This document shows, piece after piece, positions 35,579 to 45,139 of a stretch of DNA of 64,000 nucleotides. The stretch is taken from the IMG/VR virus record IMGVR_UViG_3300009177_000028, positions 140,388 through 204,387 of that record; one strand, given 5' to 3'. A model generated the notes under the pieces. The model was not told the origin of the DNA. It did no database searches and saw only the letters and a program-made list of their open reading frames with translations. Both the position numbers and the translations under genes were made by a program. The first letter of the stretch is position 1. Each line of letters opens with the position of its first letter.

Positions 35579-35747
35579 CTTCATATATCGGCCCGGACCT
35601 TACAGAGGTCCCTGGCCAGTGGAACCGTGCGCCTTCTGCGATGAGCCAACCACCTGTAAGAGCAGGTGTGGGAAGTTCTTTCATTGCAGTGTCTGTCAGT
35701 TCAACAAGGTCGACAAGCGAACAAGGAAAGTGAAGGTAGCAGCATGA
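35571..35747 (+). CDS. small Zn-finger protein (not in ORF track)
   Basis: 58 aa read by hand: CAFC..C..C..HCSVC; ends KVAA; ATGA overlap to 35744. Confidence 0.6.
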   Translation: MPSFIYRPGPYRGPWPVEPCAFCDEPTTCKSRCGKFFHCSVCQFNKVDKRTRKVKVAA

Positions 35748-35965
35748 CTCCCAAGCGCGCACAAGAGATTATCCAGGCTGCTTACGACCGCTGCACCTGT
35801 GGTCCCTGGTGTGACCAGTTGGACAAGGTGATGACGGATCAGGAAAGGAAGGAAGTCAACCAGGTGTGGGATACCATGCCAGGTGATACCAACTTCGTGG
35901 ATGCCATCTACCGCATTGCTCGTACAGACGCGCCCAACTGGGCCATCAAGACAGGACGTGAATGA
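35744..35965 (+). CDS. hypothetical protein
   Basis: ATGA overlap. Confidence 0.65.
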   Translation: MTPKRAQEIIQAAYDRCTCGPWCDQLDKVMTDQERKEVNQVWDTMPGDTNFVDAIYRIARTDAPNWAIKTGRE

Positions 35966-36032
35966 AAGTACACACAATCAAGGGAAACATCACACACTGG
36001 GAAGAAGATCCTTATCGGGAAAGGAGGCATAA

Positions 36033-36416
36033 TTGACTACTCCAAACACAAACATCACTAAAGGTACGCTCATGGTGGTTGATGATGATGCAGATAACCT
36101 GGAGCTAATGGAGTTTTCCTTGCTCCATCAGGGTTACGAAGTCATCAAAGCAGCTTCCATGTGCGAGGCCGTGGAAACGTTCCGCAGCAGTCCGTACCCT
36201 ATCCGTGCTCTGATTACCGACTATTGGTTGGGAGACGGGACTGGAGCAGAGCTGGTCACACACCTAGGGGAGAGTGCTCCTAGTGTGAGGATTCTGGTCA
36301 GCGGAAGTTCAGAGATTCGTACCAATAGGACGTTTGATGCTTTTCTGGTCAAACCTGTCCTACCTAATAGGCTTCAGGAGATTCTAGCGGATCTCCTTCA
36401 TGAGAGGGCGGTGTAG
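36033..36416 (+). CDS. stand-alone receiver domain protein
   Basis: LMVVDDD, LITDYWLGDG, ILVSG, LVKPV. Confidence 0.9.
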   Translation: MTTPNTNITKGTLMVVDDDADNLELMEFSLLHQGYEVIKAASMCEAVETFRSSPYPIRALITDYWLGDGTGAELVTHLGESAPSVRILVSGSSEIRTNRTFDAFLVKPVLPNRLQEILADLLHERAV

Positions 36417-36417
36417 T

Positions 36418-36612
36418 ATGTCGGCTTCTCAATTCGCAATTCAGTGTGTTCAACTCGCACAAGAAAGGATCAAGAAGATACTGTCAGACCAAACCATCAA
36501 AGTTCCAACGGATGTGCGCAAGTCTTTGATGGATTCTTTCGATGACCTACATCGGGCCGATGTGTGCCTAAACATGAGAAAGGAGGATCACAATGAGGCA
36601 AAAGGGACCTAA
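36418..36612 (+). CDS. hypothetical protein
   Basis: abuts previous stop. Confidence 0.55.
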   Translation: MSASQFAIQCVQLAQERIKKILSDQTIKVPTDVRKSLMDSFDDLHRADVCLNMRKEDHNEAKGT

Positions 36613-37099
36613 GTTCTTCGTTTCCCGACAGAATTACTGGGGGATGTGTGAGGGAGATGGAACTATCGTAGAGGTCGCCCAAGGTGGTAGTGACTACGCC
36701 AACCCCGACATGCTCGGGGTTAGGTGGGCTCACCTGGGAGAGGGTAAGGAATTCTCGGATCCTCGGGAAGCGGTCGATGCTGCTATCGCTATCTGCGAAG
36801 AGTGGAAAAAGACCGACCCCAACGCTCATGTGGCGATGGGTAGCACCATGGGTTTCACCATGTACTTCGAGTGGGAGGAGTACGATAGCCTACGCCAGAA
36901 GGCGGAGGAGTTGTACCAGAAGCTCCCGAAGTGCGATGAGTGTGGCGGCCTGATGGGTGATGAGACATTCACCCACGACTACGCACTTGGTACTGACGAG
37001 AAGTTCTGCCGGGAATACTGTGCGGAAGAGAACTACCGCAAGATCGTCATCCAAGACCAGGAAGACGCACAAGAGGAGGAAGGTGATGAAGAATCCTAA
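36593..37099 (+). CDS. hypothetical protein with C-terminal Zn finger
   Basis: CDEC...FCREYC; acidic tail. Confidence 0.75.
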   Translation: MRQKGPKFFVSRQNYWGMCEGDGTIVEVAQGGSDYANPDMLGVRWAHLGEGKEFSDPREAVDAAIAICEEWKKTDPNAHVAMGSTMGFTMYFEWEEYDSLRQKAEELYQKLPKCDECGGLMGDETFTHDYALGTDEKFCREYCAEENYRKIVIQDQEDAQEEEGDEES

Positions 37100-37505
37100 A
37101 TTGCAGGAGGAGCTAACCAAACTCCTCAACTTGTCGGAGAGGGACCGCAACGATAAGCTCCGGCTTATCGAAGGTGAGCATCTTCTCGACTTGTTGGATG
37201 AGGAACGACATAAGTTCATGGACTCCAACAAGGGTTTCATGAATGCCATGTGCGATGAGCTGGTCGTACGTGGCATCTATCCCTCCAATGAAGGCAAGAT
37301 CAACACCATCTACCAGATGGTGAGTGGTTGGGGTGCACGGTGGCATGTGTGGTCGGGACCGTTCAACTGTCAGTTTTGCGGGACTGACCTGCGAGACCAG
37401 AAGGCGGGACCTCCCTTCAAACGTGAGATTGGCATCTACGATAGGGGACGTGACCGCACGGTTGCCTACCAATGCCCCGACTGTAAAAAGGAGTGGCCAA
37501 GATGA
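37086..37505 (+). CDS. hypothetical protein with Zn ribbon
   Basis: CQFC...CPDC. Confidence 0.7.
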   Translation: MKNPKLQEELTKLLNLSERDRNDKLRLIEGEHLLDLLDEERHKFMDSNKGFMNAMCDELVVRGIYPSNEGKINTIYQMVSGWGARWHVWSGPFNCQFCGTDLRDQKAGPPFKREIGIYDRGRDRTVAYQCPDCKKEWPR

Positions 37506-37662
37506 ATCATCTCACCTCTATTCGTCGAGCCTTCACCCAACTTCAGAAAGCCTACGATGTGGTCCAAAAGGAAGGGCGTAAGGCGGAGGCTATCCAACTG
37601 GTCCAATCTGCGGAACAGTATGTAGCTATGGCCAAGCATGTTCTTACCTCCGAAGAGGGTAA

Positions 37663-37989
37663 GTGAACATGCGTAAGGTGGAGCGTCTCAAGAGTGAAGC
37701 TCGGGAAGCTGCCCACAAAAGGGGACATCAACTCAAACCGTTTCTGAGAGACCCACTCAAGGATACCTCTCGGAAAGTCTACTCCACTGTCTGTCTCAAT
37801 TGCGAGATGGGAGTGGTGGTAAACGATAGGCCGGCACCCAACGACATTGACATCAGTGGTGAGGCGGTGGCGCTCAACTGCAAGCGGGATGTTTCCAAGC
37901 TGCGCACTTCCTGTGTGCTGTGTGGAAACGAGATGGAAGGAAAGCGCCGGTGTCCCCTCTGTGGGGCACCGGAGGGAATCAAAGGATAA
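37663..37989 (+). CDS. Zn-finger hypothetical protein
   Basis: CLNC, CVLC, CPLC. Confidence 0.7.
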   Translation: MNMRKVERLKSEAREAAHKRGHQLKPFLRDPLKDTSRKVYSTVCLNCEMGVVVNDRPAPNDIDISGEAVALNCKRDVSKLRTSCVLCGNEMEGKRRCPLCGAPEGIKG

Positions 37990-38067
37990 GTCTTCCACGA
38001 ATTGCTCATAAGCATATTCGCTTATGGGCAAGGGTGGTGGAATTACCCACTAGAAAGGAAGTTGAAT

Positions 38068-38253
38068 ATGATCAAGTTCGCATTCGCCTTGTTTGTTCTT
38101 GGGTGTGTTTTCATGTGCGGGAGTCGTCTTCTGGATCACTGGTTTCCCAGCTTGGCTCAGAAGGTAGCATTCGAGACACCACTCGGCCCCATCAACTGGC
38201 TACTCATCGGGACATGTACGCTCTGTTTCGGAGCTTACAAGATGATGAAGTAG
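38068..38253 (+). CDS. small two-TM membrane protein, paralogue of 23020-23199
   Basis: MIKF start, WLLIGTC..F..YKMMK end. Confidence 0.75.
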   Translation: MIKFAFALFVLGCVFMCGSRLLDHWFPSLAQKVAFETPLGPINWLLIGTCTLCFGAYKMMK

Positions 38254-38382
38254 GATGTTTCAGACATCTACTACATCCTTACAGTTGTGCATTCATTCCG
38301 ATGTGGGAATCGCGCGTCAGCGCAGGGGTAACCACACCGTGAGGCGCTGGGTTCAATCTCAAGCCATGTAAGAGGTTCTACT

Positions 38383-38733
38383 ATGGGCGTCCAAGTTGAA
38401 TTGAATTGGTGTAACGTAGCGGTTGACATGCCCAACATGGGGCCTGGAGCCGACCGTGCGGGATGGTGGGTGGAATACTTAGAAGAGCTTACATTCCTAG
38501 GTAAGTACGAAGCAATCTTACAATACCTGGCATATGCCAAACGTAGTCGTGCACTTGAAATCATCAATAAAGCGCATGAGCAAGTCAAACGTGCGCGAGT
38601 TGAGGACAATAGATCCAAGTCTGGTGTACAGAAAGCGGTTACTAGGGCAACTCTACCGGGCCCTAAGAAGACTTCACTTCCTACCAAGTCGGAGCCTTAC
38701 TTCTATACCAAGACGAACACCGGTACCAAGTAG
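38383..38733 (+). CDS. hypothetical protein
   Basis: GAGG SD. Confidence 0.65.
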   Translation: MGVQVELNWCNVAVDMPNMGPGADRAGWWVEYLEELTFLGKYEAILQYLAYAKRSRALEIINKAHEQVKRARVEDNRSKSGVQKAVTRATLPGPKKTSLPTKSEPYFYTKTNTGTK

Positions 38734-38746
38734 AAAGGAACGAGTC

Positions 38747-39004
38747 ATGAGGTGGAACGCATACATCAATAGACGACTGAAGAATGGGGATATCGAGACC
38801 TCCAAAGAGGTATTCGAGCTTCCGAATACGACCAGGGCCGATGGGCGCTTTGCCACCCTTCATGCTTCCAAGACCTACAACATGAACGAAGATGCGATTC
38901 TGTGCATTCCCGGTTGCACCATCGCATGCTCAGGTGAGAATCATACTCCTGAGTGTGATGAGAAGTATCATCCTTCTGCCCCCATCATTACCAAAGCTCG
39001 CTGA
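38747..39004 (+). CDS. hypothetical protein
   Basis: AAAGGA SD. Confidence 0.65.
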   Translation: MRWNAYINRRLKNGDIETSKEVFELPNTTRADGRFATLHASKTYNMNEDAILCIPGCTIACSGENHTPECDEKYHPSAPIITKAR

Positions 39005-39017
39005 AAGGAAATACATC

Positions 39018-39473
39018 ATGTCCAATCGACACGGAATCGACTTGATTCGTTACGCGGTTCACATGCTGGACCACTGTAATGAAAGTTTCAATCAGCGCTT
39101 TCATCGGGCGGAGGACTTGCTCAAGATTGCAAACGCATGTCAGCAGTCCAAGTGGGACTTCTACCCCGATCAGTGGGACGAGCAGCAGATTCAGGAGTGC
39201 CTGCTTTTCGGGCGTACACCTGATTGGGCAGAACGACAGGATGGGAAAATCTATCCTGTCTACCTGCATGATGGTCCAAAGGAGTTTCAGGTGGGAATTA
39301 CCTGGACCATGACGGCAACTGTCCCCATCCGCGCACACAACCTGGACGAAGCTCTCGATTGGGCGGAAGGTGATATGCCACTTCCGAACAATGGTGAGTA
39401 TCTGGATGACTCTTTCGAGATTGACCAGGATACCACCAATGAGATGAATGCTGGCGAAAAGGAAGAAGGATGA
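39018..39473 (+). CDS. hypothetical protein
   Basis: AAAGGA SD; acidic. Confidence 0.7.
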   Translation: MSNRHGIDLIRYAVHMLDHCNESFNQRFHRAEDLLKIANACQQSKWDFYPDQWDEQQIQECLLFGRTPDWAERQDGKIYPVYLHDGPKEFQVGITWTMTATVPIRAHNLDEALDWAEGDMPLPNNGEYLDDSFEIDQDTTNEMNAGEKEEG

Positions 39474-39870
39474 GTTGGTAGACTACATTGTCGACCGAGA
39501 TGAGCTAGCCAGGCGCTTTCAGGAAAGCACACGCCTATCAGAGGATAGGGTAAAGACGATTCGAGAAAGGGAAGCCCTACTGCGCGAATTGGGTAGGGTA
39601 TGTGACCGCACAAGGTCTCTCATTGGTTCCCTGGATAAGGTATCTGCAAAGGAGGTGATTGAAAGTAATCGCACAATCAACCACGCCTTTCAGATTGCAA
39701 CCAAAAGGCCCGAAAACTGCGTAATGAAAACGTGCAGTTGTGGGCGAGTCATCGCACCATCTGAGTGGTTTCAACTCAACCTGGTTGGTTATCAGTCGAC
39801 CCAATCTATTGGAGGAGAACTGCGCAACTGTAGTTGTCAATCTACCCTCCTTGTCATTACTAAAAGGTAA
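39448..39870 (+). CDS. hypothetical protein with C-terminal Cys motif
   Basis: KTCSCG...ELRNCSCQSTL; start uncertain. Confidence 0.6.
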   Translation: MLAKRKKDELVDYIVDRDELARRFQESTRLSEDRVKTIREREALLRELGRVCDRTRSLIGSLDKVSAKEVIESNRTINHAFQIATKRPENCVMKTCSCGRVIAPSEWFQLNLVGYQSTQSIGGELRNCSCQSTLLVITKR

Positions 39871-39876
39871 AAAGGT

Positions 39877-39906
39877 AATTGACTTTGCACCAAGTCAATT
39901 CATAAT
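39877..39906 (+). promoter_or_regulatory. sigma70-type promoter overlapped by a palindromic operator
   Basis: TTGACT-16 nt-CATAAT; AATTGACTT-6 nt-AAGTCAATT perfect inverted repeat. Confidence 0.65.
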
Positions 39907-39925
39907 TAGGTGAAGGGAGCCGAAC

Positions 39926-41308
39926 ATGGACAACGAAACTCGCGTTTTCAAGATTCCTTCCGATAACTTGGGAGTCCTGGAAGAGAAGTTCAAAAAGCTT
40001 GCTCGGCGAGCCAAGAAGCTCAACCTTCCTGCACCTACCTTCACCGAGATCAAGGTGGAGCGTATTCAAAAGAAGAACCCCCATACCGACATGGTGGAGC
40101 GTACGTACCTCCTTCACCACATTACGGTCGACTCTGGTTGTGCAGTTGTGAAGGTTCAGGGTTGGACCTTCATTGCTACCATTCAGCACACCGAAGAAGG
40201 GAACATCATCCGCAAGGTGGGGAGGGCGGAGATCCCGGTGCAGTATCGTACTGTCACCAACTTGTGTGAGCACTGTAATACCAACCGCTATCGCAAGGAT
40301 ACCTACATCCTTTCCCATGAGGATGGTTCCTACAAGCAGGTTGGTCGTAACTGCTTGGCTGACTTTTTCGGACATGATGCTCTCATGTACGCCGAGCGCG
40401 CCCAGTACCTGACGGACCTGGACGCACTTGGTGAGAGCATGGAAGACGAGATGGGATTCGGGGGTGGAGGTGGTCCGTCCTACGAGCCTCTGGAGACATA
40501 CCTGGGATATGTCGCCGAGTGTATCAAGCTGGACGGCTGGATGAGCCGAGGTAAGGCGCGCGAGCTGAACATGGAGGGATGTGCGACCTGCGAGATTGCG
40601 CAGAAGCACCTACATCCTCGGCTTGCTGGGCCTCACTTCAAGCCGATGTTTTCCTCACCTTCTCCCGAGTCTTTCCAGGTGGGAGAGGCTGCCATCGAGT
40701 GGGCGGCTGACATCGAAGGTGAGGAAATTCCCGACTACCTCCACAACATTCGCACCATTGCCCGCAGGTGTGTTTACGAGGGACGCGACATGGGCCTTGC
40801 GGCCAGCATTGTTGCCGCGTATCAACGACACCTCAGTACCCTTCGGTGGAAGGAGCTTCAGGCCAAGCGTGCGGAAATTGCCCAGCATGTGGGCAATGTG
40901 GGAGATCGTGTGCGCATGAAGGTAATGGTGGAGAAGGTGGTTCAATGTGATAGCCAGTGGGGCACTTCACACCTTCATATCATGTCGGATGACAACGGCA
41001 ACGTTTTCATCTGGTTTGCTTCTTCGGGCGCGCATGAGACGGGGAGCGAGATCATCCTGAAGGGGACCATCAAAAAGCACGATGTGCGAGATGGTGTCAA
41101 GCAGAATGTTTTGACCCGCTGTGAGGAAGTGGAATTGAAAACCTACTTCGTTATGGTGGATGATACCAAGTACACCTTCCAAGCTGAAAAGGAGTTGGAG
41201 GTGCGCAAGCTCCTGCGTGAGAAGTTGGGCGTAGCGAAGCTGCCCAAGGGTACGCGCATCATCGAAGATGTCCCGCAGGTGGTGTCGGAAGAAAGGGTGG
41301 CGGTGTAA
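39926..41308 (+). CDS. conserved phage-type protein, Zn motif plus C-terminal OB-fold-like region
   Basis: CEHC..R.R...QVGRNCLADF; HVGNVGDRV...GTIKKH...KQNVLTRC. Confidence 0.7.
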   Translation: MDNETRVFKIPSDNLGVLEEKFKKLARRAKKLNLPAPTFTEIKVERIQKKNPHTDMVERTYLLHHITVDSGCAVVKVQGWTFIATIQHTEEGNIIRKVGRAEIPVQYRTVTNLCEHCNTNRYRKDTYILSHEDGSYKQVGRNCLADFFGHDALMYAERAQYLTDLDALGESMEDEMGFGGGGGPSYEPLETYLGYVAECIKLDGWMSRGKARELNMEGCATCEIAQKHLHPRLAGPHFKPMFSSPSPESFQVGEAAIEWAADIEGEEIPDYLHNIRTIARRCVYEGRDMGLAASIVAAYQRHLSTLRWKELQAKRAEIAQHVGNVGDRVRMKVMVEKVVQCDSQWGTSHLHIMSDDNGNVFIWFASSGAHETGSEIILKGTIKKHDVRDGVKQNVLTRCEEVELKTYFVMVDDTKYTFQAEKELEVRKLLREKLGVAKLPKGTRIIEDVPQVVSEERVAV

Positions 41309-41502
41309 TGAAATTGGAGTTGCGAGACCCGGGTATGCATCCACTCACATTGGATGTAATTACTTTTGACGATGTGGTAATGAATCTTCGTAAATATAAC
41401 ACGGACTTCACTACCGCTTTTCTTTCAAGAGACGGAGTTGTATTCATGAATGCTCGGCGTCAGGTGGGCGACCGCACCTGGAACATTAGGCTCACAACAT
41501 AG
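41308..41502 (+). CDS. hypothetical protein
   Basis: TAATG overlap. Confidence 0.6.
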   Translation: MKLELRDPGMHPLTLDVITFDDVVMNLRKYNTDFTTAFLSRDGVVFMNARRQVGDRTWNIRLTT

Positions 41503-41511
41503 CGGGGTGTA

Positions 41512-41724
41512 ATGAATCACAATCAGATTCAGGAGATTGCGACCAAGTATGATCTTGGTCGCGTTCACTTTCAATACAACATCGCTCAGAATACGGGGCG
41601 AGAGTTTGAAGTAGGATATGTGACGGTGGATGGTAGGAGGGAGTTGTTCTGTAAACGACAACCCAATACCAATCCCGACCAATTCTATCTCTGTAATGAA
41701 TTCCGCAAACTGGAGGAGGCGTGA
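41512..41724 (+). CDS. hypothetical protein
   Basis: tiles the operon. Confidence 0.6.
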   Translation: MNHNQIQEIATKYDLGRVHFQYNIAQNTGREFEVGYVTVDGRRELFCKRQPNTNPDQFYLCNEFRKLEEA

Positions 41725-42116
41725 CTATGGATAAGCTGGAGTGGGGAATCAACCCCGAGGGTGAGAAGGCCATTGCTTACGGCGCACGAGCTATCTACAA
41801 TGGGCCGGGCACGTTGGATCTCCTCTGGGATCGTCAGTGCATGGTGGGTGGGGAGCCGGGGCAACGTGAGGAATTCTGTAAGTTCCTCAATGAGTACGGC
41901 ATACCTGCAATCAAGGATCTCACCAAGAAGGAGTTTCTGCGCGGAAGTGAGGACCGACAGTTGCATACCCAGCTTCACGGCTGGCATATCACGGTGAGCC
42001 CGAAAGGTTCCTGTGGATATCTCTACATCGGTGTCTTTCCTGTGGATAACGGAGACCCGAACTACATTCCCGCACCTGTCCCTTCTCCCAAGGTGAAGTC
42101 CAGCAAACGAAGGTAG
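41721..42116 (+). CDS. hypothetical protein
   Basis: GTGA overlap; SPKGSCGYLY. Confidence 0.7.
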   Translation: MTMDKLEWGINPEGEKAIAYGARAIYNGPGTLDLLWDRQCMVGGEPGQREEFCKFLNEYGIPAIKDLTKKEFLRGSEDRQLHTQLHGWHITVSPKGSCGYLYIGVFPVDNGDPNYIPAPVPSPKVKSSKRR

Positions 42117-42122
42117 GTAGAT

Positions 42123-42503
42123 ATGGAAGTAGGAACCAGCCGTACCGATGGTGTGGTTGTAATCACAAGGTTCACCGAGTATTACCTTGTGGAATGTTCC
42201 ATGTGCCACTGGAGACAATCTTACGAGTCGGCACATACGGCTGGTTGGTTGGCATTCTGCCATAACCGCAACTTCCGTAAAGAGGGCTGTGGAAGCAGGA
42301 GAACGATCATGATTGGTGTCTACGATGTGAGTGAGGCTGACGAAGCGGCGTCCGACAAGGAAACCGCCCTGCGCAATCTTCGGTCGCAGGTGGAGAGAGG
42401 TGAGACTCCCGCCATCATCGACATGTACGAGCGCGCAGCGTGGCAGTGTGGGGCCACGGTGGCAGAGACGGAGGCCACTATCAAGAAGGGTAGGGTCAAG
42501 TAA
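42123..42503 (+). CDS. hypothetical protein
   Basis: CSMC..H motif. Confidence 0.65.
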   Translation: MEVGTSRTDGVVVITRFTEYYLVECSMCHWRQSYESAHTAGWLAFCHNRNFRKEGCGSRRTIMIGVYDVSEADEAASDKETALRNLRSQVERGETPAIIDMYERAAWQCGATVAETEATIKKGRVK

Positions 42504-42694
42504 CTCACTATCAGGCCCTTAGACTCCGAATGGGAGATAAGGTGCGCCTAAGACTGCGAGGCCAGGTTTCTGTAGTAGAGGTGACACATATCGCACATGA
42601 TGTATTGATCAAAGTGGTCTACATTAGTGTGGTTGCGAATGATGGGATGTCGTACCATAGCATCCCACATCACAAGTTTGAAAAGGAGTGAGTA

Positions 42695-42880
42695 ATGAAA
42701 TTCACACTGACAATCGAATTGGGCAACGAGGCCATGCGCACTCGGGGCCACCTGGCCGCCAAACTGAAAGAGGTGGCCAAAGATGTTCTCAGCTCGCCGG
42801 CCACTGTCAAGAACGAAGGTCGGAAACTTCGTGACATCAACGGCAACACTGTCGGTGAATGGAAGTTCGAGGAGGATTGA
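42695..42880 (+). CDS. conserved small phage-type protein
   Basis: AAGGAG SD; LRDINGNTVGEW motif. Confidence 0.7.
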   Translation: MKFTLTIELGNEAMRTRGHLAAKLKEVAKDVLSSPATVKNEGRKLRDINGNTVGEWKFEED

Positions 42881-42883
42881 CCC

Positions 42884-43111
42884 ATGAGTGAAAACCACTT
42901 TGGATTCCAAGTTCCCAACTTGGATGACACTACGTGTAATCCGAAAGAGTACCTGGATACGGCAAGTGTGCTGGAGAATCTCTCCAAGTACCTTCGTCAC
43001 AAGGCAGCGGCTCAGATTGCGCGCAAGCGTGGGAACATGACCACTGCCATCATGAACGACCAGAAGTGCGATGCTCTCTTCAAGAAGTTGCCCGATTGGG
43101 CTAGGTGGTGA
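42884..43111 (+). CDS. hypothetical protein
   Basis: ends LPDWARW. Confidence 0.65.
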   Translation: MSENHFGFQVPNLDDTTCNPKEYLDTASVLENLSKYLRHKAAAQIARKRGNMTTAIMNDQKCDALFKKLPDWARW

Positions 43112-43114
43112 ATC

Positions 43115-43612
43115 ATGCTACAAATGAGTATTCGTAATGTTGCACATCAGATTGTGCAGCATGAGCTACTCGGGAAGGGTCGAGAGAAGGAAGGTCTCTA
43201 CCTCAACTTCGACCTGCGCATGAGTCACCACACCGACCGTGGGTCCTACGACCAGAGCAGAGGTCTGCACCTTCTGTACTACGTTCACCCACACGGCACC
43301 TACGTCACTGTCTTTGCCAGCGTGACCAAATCACCTTTCGCTACCCTTCGTGATGTCAAGGAATGGAAGCACGAATGCACGCATGATTCGTGCTGGCGAG
43401 ACATCAACACCTTTTCGCAGGTGTACTTCGATATGGCGGAATGCATCAACTCTGCTCTTCAGAAAAACAAGTTGGATGCTATCGCACCAAAGGATATGCA
43501 CGAGTACAACAGCTTTGGTCGGAGCGGTTTGTACGAGTGGGTACCTGTCGAGGTGACCAAGGATCCGGAAGACGACCGCAACTATCGCAGGTTGGTCAAG
43601 GTACTCCGATGA
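43115..43612 (+). CDS. hypothetical protein
   Basis: tiles the operon. Confidence 0.7.
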   Translation: MLQMSIRNVAHQIVQHELLGKGREKEGLYLNFDLRMSHHTDRGSYDQSRGLHLLYYVHPHGTYVTVFASVTKSPFATLRDVKEWKHECTHDSCWRDINTFSQVYFDMAECINSALQKNKLDAIAPKDMHEYNSFGRSGLYEWVPVEVTKDPEDDRNYRRLVKVLR

Positions 43613-43908
43613 CCCCACAAGAAATGCGCACACTGTCGTACAAGTGTGGTCAGATGGGATACCGCAACTTGGCGATGTACTGGTCAGAAAAAGCGTCAGA
43701 GAAGGAGATTGCAATGAATCAGATGCGATTGTGCGATGCGGGCATTCGGGAGCAAGAGTGGGCGCAAAAGCTCATCAACGAAAAGCAGCTTCCTTCCGAC
43801 ATCTCCTACAAAGACTTCCTGGATCACGGTGTGTATGATGCTCGGACCGATGAGGTCATGCTCACTATCAAGGGTGTGTGCCTCAAGTTCAAAGTAGAAC
43901 GAGGATGA
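43609..43908 (+). CDS. hypothetical protein
   Basis: ATGA overlap. Confidence 0.65.
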   Translation: MTPQEMRTLSYKCGQMGYRNLAMYWSEKASEKEIAMNQMRLCDAGIREQEWAQKLINEKQLPSDISYKDFLDHGVYDARTDEVMLTIKGVCLKFKVERG

Positions 43909-43978
43909 ACTAAAAAACTCTGTATAGCAAATCGCCTTGGTAACGTCTCGGTAACCAAAGGGATATAAGGTGATTCAT

Positions 43979-44287
43979 ATGAAGACAGGTCTGGTTTGTG
44001 TTGCCTTGTTGGTTTCGGGGGTTGCGTGTTCGACATCCACCGAGGAGTCGGATAGTGCAATTGGAAGTGAGTCAAGCGCATACACAACTTTCGGATATTG
44101 TGAGGTCAATTCAACCACGAACACTCTCACTGGGCGATGTCGAGGCGGACTTTCTTACTGTTGTGCCAATCCAGTCTCTACCTGCACAGCAGGAGCGGTG
44201 GCTGGGGGAGTATCGTACTTCTACTCCTCTATGTGTGGGGTGGTGGCGTACGACAATACCGTGCACTGTACCGAATGGTGTAGATAA
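43979..44287 (+). CDS. Cys-rich lipoprotein
   Basis: lipobox LVSGVAC; eight Cys in the mature region. Confidence 0.75.
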   Translation: MKTGLVCVALLVSGVACSTSTEESDSAIGSESSAYTTFGYCEVNSTTNTLTGRCRGGLSYCCANPVSTCTAGAVAGGVSYFYSSMCGVVAYDNTVHCTEWCR

Positions 44288-44301
44288 GAAGTTGTAGGTA
44301 G

Positions 44302-44340
44302 GAAGGGGCCGCTAGGGATCATTCTAGCGGCCCCTTCTCT
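44302..44340 (+). terminator. strong hairpin, probable terminator
   Basis: GAAGGGGCCGCTAG-8 nt-CTAGCGGCCCCTTC; weak pyrimidine tail. Confidence 0.6.
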
Positions 44341-44367
44341 CTGCCAACCAAAAGAGAGGAGTAAGAC

Positions 44368-44820
44368 ATGCTGGTCAACTTGAACGGTTCGTACGATAAG
44401 CTCCTTCAACACCTTCAGACGGGTCTCTATCTGGTCAAAGATATGATGGCCCAGCACATCATCTTCATGGAGGAAAAAGGCTGGTACGAATTCGATCATG
44501 AGTGGCCGGAATTCCAGGGAGATGTTGACTCACGTTTGAAGTCACTTCGGGAGAGGTTCGATAAAGGAATCTACTTCAACGACTTTGGTTCCTGCGACTC
44601 ACCCGAGCAGTTTCTTTCCCACCATTACGGGAAAGTTTTGCAGGAATCGGAACACCGATACTGCGTTTTCTTTACACCGATGTCCAAGGAAGATCATCCT
44701 GGTTATCGGTGGCACAAGAATGGTCCTTACATTGGTGCAAAAGAGCAGCAGTGTGAGCACTTCGGTGATGAGCCGGAGATTGACCACATCTACCAATTCC
44801 ACATCTACCGAAAGAGATAA
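44368..44820 (+). CDS. hypothetical protein
   Basis: GAGGAG SD; GYRWHKNGPYIG. Confidence 0.75.
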   Translation: MLVNLNGSYDKLLQHLQTGLYLVKDMMAQHIIFMEEKGWYEFDHEWPEFQGDVDSRLKSLRERFDKGIYFNDFGSCDSPEQFLSHHYGKVLQESEHRYCVFFTPMSKEDHPGYRWHKNGPYIGAKEQQCEHFGDEPEIDHIYQFHIYRKR

Positions 44821-44821
44821 C

Positions 44822-45010
44822 ATGTCTATTCACATTATCATCAATGGGGCGCGCAAGGTGGAGCGTGAGCGCGACTCCGGCAAAAAGGAATGGTGGGTCA
44901 TGCACCCATCCAACGATTCCATTCTCGCCTACTGTGATTCCGAAGAAGAGGCCGATAAGGTTATCTCCTCTTTCAATGAAGTATCTTCAGCTCTATCAGG
45001 GCAGAGGTGA
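44822..45010 (+). CDS. hypothetical protein
   Basis: abuts previous stop. Confidence 0.6.
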   Translation: MSIHIIINGARKVERERDSGKKEWWVMHPSNDSILAYCDSEEEADKVISSFNEVSSALSGQR

Positions 45011-45139
45011 GTACAGTTCTCTTCATGTGATTCTGGGTGTCCACATCCAGGACAGCAGGTACAATCCTCTTCATATTGATCACATGAGTTACAGATTGGG
45101 ATTCTCGGAATATCCACCATCACACCTGTAGGTTTTGAG

